Shown: positions 25,310-32,635 of the stretch, piece after piece | Layout of the letters: each line of letters opens with the position of its first letter | Numbering within the stretch: position 1 is the first letter of the stretch | Made by a program: the position numbers and the translations under genes | From: a virus | Lineage: Duplodnaviria > Caudoviricetes | IMG/VR virus record: IMGVR_UViG_3300037851_000327 | Span: 1-37,946 of that record | Strand: one strand, 5' to 3' | DNA: 37,946 nt | Notes under the pieces: generated by a model | The model's input: only the letters and a program-made list of their open reading frames with translations | What the model was told of the DNA's origin: nothing | Database searches by the model: none

Positions 25310-26118
25310 ACATCGCCCTAATCTACCATCCGTTGATAGACTGCCCCGGTTATCCTGGTTTTATCGAGCGCGCCTTGAAGCAGGTGGGCGGGGTGACCCA
25401 CTTTCTGCCAGGGGAAGAGCAGCCAGGCTTTGATCAATACTGGTATGTTGATGATGGTCCCACTGCATACATGGAGCCAAAATACCGCCCGGCAACTTAT
25501 TTTGCTATGGACATGGTGGTGAAGCCGTTCTGGTATCTGGATCCGGTGGAGCACTACTTCGAGCGCTGCCAGAACTTCGACCGGGTATTAGTGACATCCA
25601 CCGCCAGCCTGCGCTATTGCCAGGAGCAGGGCTTAGATGCTAAGTTTATCGGCTTCGCAGCAGACCCAGAGTATCACCGCCCATGGGAATTGCCCCGCGA
25701 GTACGATTGGATAGCGGTATGGCATAATTGCGGCGACAGGATAGTAGCTACAGAGGCAGCATATCGGAGATTTCCCGGCGGGCGTTGGCTTTGGGCGGGC
25801 AATGAGCGGTATAGCGAATTTATCAGTCAAGGCAAGTGTGCGCTTAATTGGCTGCGCGGGGACATAGTGAACATGCGGGTATTCGAGGTCATGGCTTGCG
25901 GAACTCCGCTTGTGACAACTGTGCATGAGGATATGGCGTATTATGGATTTGTCGAGGGTCAGCATTACTTAGGCTTCGACGGCGTGGATGAAATGCTCGA
26001 TCAAATCCAGTGGGTGCAGGATCACCCGATGGAGGCGCATCTGATGGCAGCGCGGGCGCGTGCGTTAGTCTTATCTCGACATACCTATTTACACCGGGTG
26101 ATGGAGTTGCTCAAATGA
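25306..26118 (+). CDS. CgeB-like GT-B glycosyltransferase (Glyco_trans_1_2)
   Basis: FAADPEYH, NMRVFEVMACG, HTYLHRV; GTGA overlap. Confidence 0.88.
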   Translation: MNIALIYHPLIDCPGYPGFIERALKQVGGVTHFLPGEEQPGFDQYWYVDDGPTAYMEPKYRPATYFAMDMVVKPFWYLDPVEHYFERCQNFDRVLVTSTASLRYCQEQGLDAKFIGFAADPEYHRPWELPREYDWIAVWHNCGDRIVATEAAYRRFPGGRWLWAGNERYSEFISQGKCALNWLRGDIVNMRVFEVMACGTPLVTTVHEDMAYYGFVEGQHYLGFDGVDEMLDQIQWVQDHPMEAHLMAARARALVLSRHTYLHRVMELLK

Positions 26119-26837
26119 CGACTACAATTACCGCGACTGTAACCATTACAACCACTGTCGTTGTGGTTGTTCATTACGGTGAGAAGCAGATAGCGGTCGT
26201 GCCGATGAGTTCTTTGAGCGATCTTGGAGACCTGGCCGATAGACTATCTGCTGGTGATCTAATCGTAAGTAATTATGCCTCGGTGGAAGATTTCGATTCA
26301 TTACCCAACCACCCTAACAAAGATATATTATTCAACCAGGCGGACGACGCAAATATTGCAGCGATCGTGGCGGCGGCGCAAAGCTGGGGGGCGGGGTTAT
26401 GCTACAACGTGGAGGGGATTGCACCCGCTGAGGTACAGACGCATCTTGAGGCGATCTATGCCGCGGTACGTGCCATTGATGCAAACATACGCTTTACGTT
26501 CGGGACTGTTTATAACAATTTCTTGCTTTATTACAATGATTACGCTCCGTTCTGTGACAATCAGGTAATCCAGATTCAACGTGCCTGGAAGGGGACGGAG
26601 GCAGGATTGGTGGATGATGCCCTGGCAGATTTGGAGGGCTTGGGCAATGGGTTGTATGTACAAATATGCAACTACACCCCGAACGTCAACGACGAAGAGA
26701 TTACAGCGGAATATGTAGCATCCGTGTATAACCAGCTCAAGGATAAGGATATTGTGTGTATCTGGCATTATTTTGCAAACGCCACGCATGAGGATTTAAT
26801 GCTTGATACCCTAGACTTGATTGGCAGGACTGGCTAG
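26115..26837 (+). CDS. Hypothetical protein
   Basis: ATGA overlap; Thr/Val-rich N-terminus, then an alpha/beta domain. Confidence 0.6.
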   Translation: MTTTITATVTITTTVVVVVHYGEKQIAVVPMSSLSDLGDLADRLSAGDLIVSNYASVEDFDSLPNHPNKDILFNQADDANIAAIVAAAQSWGAGLCYNVEGIAPAEVQTHLEAIYAAVRAIDANIRFTFGTVYNNFLLYYNDYAPFCDNQVIQIQRAWKGTEAGLVDDALADLEGLGNGLYVQICNYTPNVNDEEITAEYVASVYNQLKDKDIVCIWHYFANATHEDLMLDTLDLIGRTG

Positions 26838-26838
26838 C

Positions 26839-28254
26839 ATGGCGACTAGATTTTATCTACCCAGCACAGGCGCTGCTGCACTAACCCCTGATTATATATC
26901 GTCTTGGGAGGTTGTCGCTGGCGAATCCGAGAAACTAGCAGCGGTCACAACGAAAATATTATCGGCGTTTGACACGCGAAGTTACAGCGATTCAAACGAA
27001 GACCTGCAGGAAATATGCTTCGGGATGTGGGTTAGTGCCGCCCAATTAGCCGCTCAGACGATTTCAGCACAGACTGTACAAGCATCCATCCGCTGTTCCG
27101 AGACTAGCACGCTCAATAATGTTGGGTTACGCATCGCAATCAGGGTCGTACAATCGGACGGGGTAACGTTCCGAGGTACGATATTAGCCTTATCTTCAGC
27201 CGGTGTTGAGGCGAACACGTCCCTAAGAAGTATATTCTTCTCCGGGACAAGCTCATCTTTGACGGTTGAGAGCGGGGATCGTATTGTTATCGAAGTCGGT
27301 ATGGGTGGTAATCCTGCTGGCGGAGGTACTCATGGCTCTTCGATGGAATTTGGGGATAACAGTTCCACGGATTTGGACGGCAGCAACACCGACACCGACC
27401 AGGATTGCCCGTGGGTAAATTTTGCAAATACAATATCGTTCGAGGCGTCGAGCAGCTCGTCGAGCAGTTCGAGCACGACATCCAGTTCGACGAGCAGTTC
27501 GAGCACGACATCCAGTTCGACGAGCAGTTCGAGCACGACATCCAGTTCGACGAGCAGTTCGAGCACGACATCCAGTTCGACGAGCAGTTCGAGCACGAGC
27601 AGTTCCACAACTTCAAGCTCTTCGAGCTCAAGCGAGTCTTATTCTTCATCGTCATCGACGTCGACATCGTCATCGACGTCCAGCTCGACAACTTCGAGCA
27701 GCTCGAGCTCCAGCAGCTCAAGTTCTTCGAGCACATCTTCGAGCACGACATCATCGAGCAGCTCTACCACAAGCAGTTCTACGAGCAGCAGCTCGACATC
27801 GAGTTCGACATCATCAAGCAGCTCTACCACAAGCAGTTCTACGAGCAGCAGCTCGACGACATCCAGCTCAACGACGTCCAGTTCTTCGACCAGCAGCAGC
27901 ACAACATCATCGAGCAGCTCTTATTCGATCAGCTCATCTTCGAGCAGTTCGAGCACGACATCCAGTTCGACGACTTCGAGTTCCACCACAAGCTCGTCCA
28001 CTACGAGCAGCAGCACTACTTCGAGCTCGACTACATCCAGTTCGAGCAGCTCAAGCTCGACTACATCCAGTTCGAGCAGCTCAAGCTCGACAACATCCAG
28101 TTCTTCGAGCATATCTTATATCAACACGGCGACGCCGGGCAGCAGGGTCCTGGCAGTGGAGCAGGAGGTGAGGGTTTATGCAGTGGAGCAGGAAGTGCGG
28201 ACTTATGCGGTGGAGCATGAGGAGAGAGTTTATCCAATCGAGGAAGGAATGTGA
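26839..28254 (+). CDS. Ser/Thr-rich mucin-like putative virion fibre
   Basis: About 200-aa beta domain, 221-codon S/T tract (27448-28110), C-terminal repeated V(L/Y)AVE(Q/H)E units. Confidence 0.8.
   Translation: MATRFYLPSTGAAALTPDYISSWEVVAGESEKLAAVTTKILSAFDTRSYSDSNEDLQEICFGMWVSAAQLAAQTISAQTVQASIRCSETSTLNNVGLRIAIRVVQSDGVTFRGTILALSSAGVEANTSLRSIFFSGTSSSLTVESGDRIVIEVGMGGNPAGGGTHGSSMEFGDNSSTDLDGSNTDTDQDCPWVNFANTISFEASSSSSSSSSTTSSSTSSSSTTSSSTSSSSTTSSSTSSSSTTSSSTSSSSTSSSTTSSSSSSSESYSSSSSTSTSSSTSSSTTSSSSSSSSSSSSSTSSSTTSSSSSTTSSSTSSSSTSSSTSSSSSTTSSSTSSSSTTSSSTTSSSSTSSSTTSSSSSYSISSSSSSSSTTSSSTTSSSTTSSSTTSSSTTSSSTTSSSSSSSSTTSSSSSSSSTTSSSSSISYINTATPGSRVLAVEQEVRVYAVEQEVRTYAVEHEERVYPIEEGM
27461..27598 (+). 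repeat. 30-nt perfect tandem repeat, 4.6 copies
   Basis: cgagcagttcgagcacgacatccagttcga. Confidence 0.9.
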
Positions 28255-28262
28255 GGTAAGTT

Positions 28263-28571
28263 ATGACTGATCGAATTATTAAGGATCCGAATGCAGTTCT
28301 GGACTATAAGTTCGATTGGAAGCCGCTGACGAATGGCTCGGGGGATTCAGATTGGCTGGCGGCGGCTGAGACGATCAGTAGTGCGACGATCACGATTACC
28401 CCATCGGGTTTGACGAAGGACAGCCAATCGATCACAGACACGAACACGTCGGTGACGGTGTGGCTGTCGGCGGGGACGGCGGAGGTGGATTATGAGGTGG
28501 CATGCAAGATCGTGACGAATGCAGGACGAACAGACGAGCGGACAATGACAATTTTTGTCAGGAACCGCTAG
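28263..28571 (+). CDS. Fibre-tail adaptor-like protein
   Basis: KDPNAVLDYKFDW...VTVWLSAGT...GRTDERT pattern common in phage fibre adaptors. Confidence 0.75.
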   Translation: MTDRIIKDPNAVLDYKFDWKPLTNGSGDSDWLAAAETISSATITITPSGLTKDSQSITDTNTSVTVWLSAGTAEVDYEVACKIVTNAGRTDERTMTIFVRNR

Positions 28572-28583
28572 AAAGGAGAATCA

Positions 28584-28994
28584 ATGGCGACATTGCAGGA
28601 TGCGATCAACGCAATTCAGGACGTGGTGGGAGGGGTGAGTGGAATCCGGTCAGCGCCGGATTATGCGCCGGACCAATTGTCGACGTTCCCATTTGCGCTG
28701 GCCTTTGCGAGGACAGGGACGTTCGAGGTGGGGCCAGTGGGAATGGGGAAGGGGCTGCATACGATTGTGGTGGAGGTGCACGTGGCGCGAAAGGATTTAC
28801 CAAGAGATATCCAGGCAGCGATGGCGTTCAGCGATGCGGTGCCGCTGGCGCTGCTGGCGGATACGACGCTTGGAGGGGTGGTGAGCACGTTTACGAATAT
28901 CCGGTATGAATTCGGGCCGATGTTATGGGGTAAGTTGGAGACGCTGGGGTTCAGGTTTTATGTGGAAGGGATCAAGTTGCAGACTGGGTTATGA
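28584..28994 (+). CDS. Tail terminator/completion protein
   Basis: Size, position before the tail tube, DTTLGGVV motif. Confidence 0.7.
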   Translation: MATLQDAINAIQDVVGGVSGIRSAPDYAPDQLSTFPFALAFARTGTFEVGPVGMGKGLHTIVVEVHVARKDLPRDIQAAMAFSDAVPLALLADTTLGGVVSTFTNIRYEFGPMLWGKLETLGFRFYVEGIKLQTGL

Positions 28995-28995
28995 G

Positions 28996-29096
28996 ATTTC
29001 ACAGGACGAATAGGATGAAATGGATAGACAGGATAAGAGCTTTTTAGGAAGTTCAAGTTATTAACGCAAAGGCGCGAAGGGCGCAGAGACGCAAAG
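28996..29096 (+). repeat. Family A repeat plus ACGCAAAG 9-nt repeat, intergenic
   Basis: atttcacaggacgaataggatg...; aacgcaaag gcgcgaagg gcgcagag acgcaaag. Confidence 0.85.
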
Positions 29097-29131
29097 AAGA
29101 GCAATATTCATAGGAAGGAAAGGATGATGAG

Positions 29132-29326
29132 ATGGAAGAAGGAGTTTATTTGAAGTATGTGGGGAAGGGTGATTTTATGGTGGGGATTCCGGCGAGGGAT
29201 TTATTCGAGTGGGAGGTGAGGGCGCTGGGAGGGGAGAGGTTTTTGGTAGAAACCGGGCTGTATCAAAGGGTTTCAAAAGATGAACAGGATAAATCTGATT
29301 TGATTGGAAGGAAAGGAGTGAAGTAA
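29132..29326 (+). CDS. Small hypothetical protein with a degenerate family A copy (SKDEQDK)
   Basis: 64-aa ORF with RBS before the tail tube gene. Confidence 0.65.
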   Translation: MEEGVYLKYVGKGDFMVGIPARDLFEWEVRALGGERFLVETGLYQRVSKDEQDKSDLIGRKGVK

Positions 29327-29327
29327 G

Positions 29328-30329
29328 ATGGCAGGGATCAAGGCATTACGGAAGATACAAATAGGGAGAGAGACGGTGGCGGGGACAGGGGTAGCGGCGA
29401 CGGTGATCTGGCGAGGGTTGGGGACGATCGAGGACCAGCGGGAACAGGTGCGCCCGGATGAGGATATCGGGCTGGTGGTGCCAACGGACCGGAGCTATAC
29501 AGCGAAACAGCTGGGGGAGCTGAAGATGGAGGCGACGGAGATGACGTTCCAGCAGGCATGTCATATCCTGGAGGCAGCGATCAAGTCGATTGGGACGGGC
29601 GTGGCGGACGGGGCGGGGAGCGGTAAGATCTATGATTACACGTTCCCGGAGGCTTCGAAGAACACGATCAAGACTTACACGCTGGAGATGGGGGATGACG
29701 AGCAGGAAGAGGAGATGGCGTATGGGTTCGTGACGGAGTTCAAGATTTCGGGGAAGGCGGGGGAAGCGGTGATGATCGAGGCGATCTGGCAGGGGAGGCA
29801 GGTGGCGCCTTCGACGTTTACTGGGTCGCTGAGCCTGGCGACGGTGGAGGAGATCCTGACGAGCAAGGGGAAGTTGTTTATCGATACGGTGGCGGCAAGT
29901 TATGGGACGACGGAGATCTCGAACACGCTGCTGGCATTCGAACTGAGCGTGAAGACGGGTTGGGTCCCGGTGTTTGCATGCGACGGGGAGCTGTATTTTT
30001 CGTTTGCGAAGCTGACCCGACCGGAGATCAAGCTGGATGTGACGTTCGAGCATAATGCGAGCGCGGTGGCGCAGAAGGCGATCTGGCGGGCGGAGACGGC
30101 GAGGAAGCTGCAATTGAAGTTCACGGGGTCGGCATTATCATCGGCGGGAACTACGTATACGTATTATACGATGATCATCAATCTGGCGGGGAAGTGGGAG
30201 AAGTTCGAGGCGCTGGATGACCAGGATGGGAACGATGTGGTGAAGGGGACGTTCGTAGCGGGGTATAACGCGACGGCGGCGGACGTAGGGGATATCATCA
30301 TCGTGAATGAGACGGCGAGCCTGCCATAA
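29328..30329 (+). CDS. Major tail tube protein
   Basis: IQIGRETVAGT, YTLEMGD; position before the chaperones and tape measure. Confidence 0.85.
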   Translation: MAGIKALRKIQIGRETVAGTGVAATVIWRGLGTIEDQREQVRPDEDIGLVVPTDRSYTAKQLGELKMEATEMTFQQACHILEAAIKSIGTGVADGAGSGKIYDYTFPEASKNTIKTYTLEMGDDEQEEEMAYGFVTEFKISGKAGEAVMIEAIWQGRQVAPSTFTGSLSLATVEEILTSKGKLFIDTVAASYGTTEISNTLLAFELSVKTGWVPVFACDGELYFSFAKLTRPEIKLDVTFEHNASAVAQKAIWRAETARKLQLKFTGSALSSAGTTYTYYTMIINLAGKWEKFEALDDQDGNDVVKGTFVAGYNATAADVGDIIIVNETASLP

Positions 30330-30332
30330 AAG

Positions 30333-30380
30333 GCATTCACAGGATAAACAGGGTGAAAGGGATAGGCAGGATAAAACTTG
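30333..30380 (+). repeat. Family A repeat, intergenic
   Basis: gcattcacaggataaacagggtgaaagggataggcaggataaaacttg. Confidence 0.85.
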
Positions 30381-30404
30381 ATTATAGAGAAGGAAGGGTG
30401 AGAG

Positions 30405-30674
30405 ATGGCGTATGAGGTGAGAGTGGAGCGGGAGAGGGCGCTGGATACGGTGACGCTGGAGGAGTGGTTCGATCTGCGGAGGGGACAGCTGCCGGTGGTG
30501 GTGACAGTGATGAGCAAGTTCGTGTGGGATGGGGAGGGGTATGTGGAGGAAACGGAGGGGCGGAAGTTTGTGCTGTCGTTTACGTTCCGGCAGCTGGAGG
30601 AGGCGATGCCGAAGCTGATCAACGGGATTTTAAGTGTGCTGGTCCCCCCGAAGAGAAGCGGGGGCTCCGTTTAG
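30405..30674 (+). CDS. Tail assembly chaperone (G-like)
   Basis: Position between the tail tube and tape measure genes. Confidence 0.75.
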   Translation: MAYEVRVERERALDTVTLEEWFDLRRGQLPVVVTVMSKFVWDGEGYVEETEGRKFVLSFTFRQLEEAMPKLINGILSVLVPPKRSGGSV

Positions 30675-30841
30675 CGCTGAAGACGGGGGCGGCTCTGGCG
30701 CCGGGGTGGGTGGTGGAGCTGGATGCGAGCGCTGAGTGGGGACTTCCGCCATGGGAGCTGACGGGCGGGTCGAAGCTGTTGTGGTGGGTGCGGTATGGGG
30801 CGTACCGGGAGGCGAGGGCGAGGGCGAGGAGTGAGCGGTGA
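30644..30841 (+). CDS. -1 frameshift extension (GT-like chaperone)
   Basis: Open -1 frame (..AEWGLPPWEL..) entered at C CCC CCG. Confidence 0.6.
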   Translation, partial: PPEEKRGLRLALKTGAALAPGWVVELDASAEWGLPPWELTGGSKLLWWVRYGAYREARARARSER

Positions 30842-30844
30842 GGG

Positions 30845-30934
30845 AATTGACAGGATGAATAGGATGAGAGGGATCAGGCATGATGATACCTGATAAAGGG
30901 AAGTGCGGAATGGGAAATGAGAAATGAGAGGTAG
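30845..30934 (+). repeat. Family A repeat plus 7-nt repeat, intergenic
   Basis: aattgacaggatgaataggatg...; gaagtgc ggaatgg gaaatga gaaatga. Confidence 0.85.
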
Positions 30935-30937
30935 AGG

Positions 30938-32545
30938 ATGGCGAATCAATTAGAGCTGTGGATCGAGGTGTTGTCGGGGGCGAGGGGGGCGATCCGGGAG
31001 TTTGGCGATCTGGCGGATAAGATGGAGGACTTTGGGGAGGAGTCGGAAGATTCCGAGATGTCGGTGGTGGACCTAAACCAGGCAGTGGAGCTGGCGGAGA
31101 AGGTGTTCGGGGCGCTGGGGTCAATTTTGGATGGGACGATTGGGAAGATGATCGACTATGGGATGGAGGTGAAGGATACGGGGATGATGCTGGGGGTGAG
31201 CGCGGAGGAGGCGAGTACTTTGATCCAGGTGATGGATGATTTGCGGGTGGATATGGGGACGCTGAAGCTGGCGTTCAAGACGATGAAGGATGAGGGGATG
31301 GCGCCGACACTGGAGACGCTGATGGAGCTGTCGGCGGAGTATTTGAATATCCAGGACCCGGTGGAGCGGACGCAGTTCTTGTTCAAGAAGTTCGGGCGGG
31401 CGGGGCTGGAGGTGCAGCGGATCATGGAGGCGGGGCCGGAGGTGCTGGAGGAGTATGCGGGGGCGGCGAAGGAGACGGGGCTGGTGGTGGGGGAGGGGTT
31501 CGTGGCGCAGGCGGAGGCGGGCAGGATGGCGGTGGACCAATTGCAGGACCAATGGGGAGGGTTCACGATGATGCTGGCCAGCGAGATGCTGCCGGGGATC
31601 ACGGCGGCGCTGGGGGGTTTCAACGGGTTGTTCCGGCAGATCTTGATCTCGACGGGGGCGATGGATGATTACAGCGAGGCAACGGAGGAGGCATGGACGA
31701 AGCAGGAGGAGCTGAACTTCGAGCTGGCGCAGGCGTCTCCGACCTATGAGGATTATGGGCAGGCGGTGACAGAGGCGGGGCTGTTGTTGATGGCGTACAC
31801 GGAGGAGGAATGGGCGGCGCAGCGATCGACGGTGGCGCTGACAGAGGCGGTGGAGAGCCAGACGGCGGTGATGGGTTTGCTGGATGGGGCGGTGGGGGCG
31901 CTATCCATGGAGTTTGATGCGCAGAAGACGACGATGGATCTGGTGGGGGATGGGTTGGATTTGCTGACGCAGGATTATCTGGAGCAGCAGCAGATCCTGG
32001 CAGTACTGGCGCTGGCGCAGGGGGAGATCACGGCGGCACAGTTTGCGGAGCGGATGGAGATCATCGATAGTCTGGAGCCACTGCAGGAGCTGAATGCGGC
32101 ATATGAGGCGGGGACGATTGACCGGTATGAGTGGATTGCGGCGATGTCGGACGGGGTGGTGACGCAGGAGGAGGTGAACACGCTGCTGGGGAGGACAACG
32201 GATGAGCTGAGCGATATCGAGGCGAAGATCATGGGGATCGATGGGATGGTGGCGAATGCGGAGGTGAATATTGATATCAATAGCACAGGCGGCGGGGGCG
32301 GGGGCGGGTCGACGGTGAATGTGTATATGGCGAAGGGTGGATCGTTCTGGGCGGATAAGCCGACAACGATGACGGTGGGCGAGGGGGGAGAGCCGGAGTA
32401 TGTGCAGGTGACACCGGCGAGCCGGATGGTGGGCGGGGGGAACAGCTCGACGGTGAATAATTATTATAACCAGACGATCAATACGAGTGCGCAGTATGAG
32501 CAGGTGGCGGCGGATTTCGAGGCGATGAAGGCGTGGGCGAGGTAG
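30938..32545 (+). CDS. Tape measure protein
   Basis: Helical Ala/Glu-rich; LFKKFGRAG; MAKGG..VGEGGEPEYV C-terminal motif. Confidence 0.88.
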   Translation: MANQLELWIEVLSGARGAIREFGDLADKMEDFGEESEDSEMSVVDLNQAVELAEKVFGALGSILDGTIGKMIDYGMEVKDTGMMLGVSAEEASTLIQVMDDLRVDMGTLKLAFKTMKDEGMAPTLETLMELSAEYLNIQDPVERTQFLFKKFGRAGLEVQRIMEAGPEVLEEYAGAAKETGLVVGEGFVAQAEAGRMAVDQLQDQWGGFTMMLASEMLPGITAALGGFNGLFRQILISTGAMDDYSEATEEAWTKQEELNFELAQASPTYEDYGQAVTEAGLLLMAYTEEEWAAQRSTVALTEAVESQTAVMGLLDGAVGALSMEFDAQKTTMDLVGDGLDLLTQDYLEQQQILAVLALAQGEITAAQFAERMEIIDSLEPLQELNAAYEAGTIDRYEWIAAMSDGVVTQEEVNTLLGRTTDELSDIEAKIMGIDGMVANAEVNIDINSTGGGGGGGSTVNVYMAKGGSFWADKPTTMTVGEGGEPEYVQVTPASRMVGGGNSSTVNNYYNQTINTSAQYEQVAADFEAMKAWAR

Positions 32546-32547
32546 GT

Positions 32548-32622
32548 AATTCACAGGATGAAGGGCATTCACAGGATCAGGCAGGAAAAGAACATGAAGG
32601 ACGCGAAAAGAGCGGAGCGAAG
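32548..32622 (+). repeat. Double family A repeat, intergenic
   Basis: aattcacaggatgaagggcattcacaggatcaggcagga. Confidence 0.85.
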
Positions 32623-32635
32623 ATAGGAGACGGCT

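Noticed and set aside
27287-28220. Overlapping long ORFs in other frames of the Ser tract
   Set aside because: By-product of repetitive Ser/Thr codons lacking stops; no RBS or domain features
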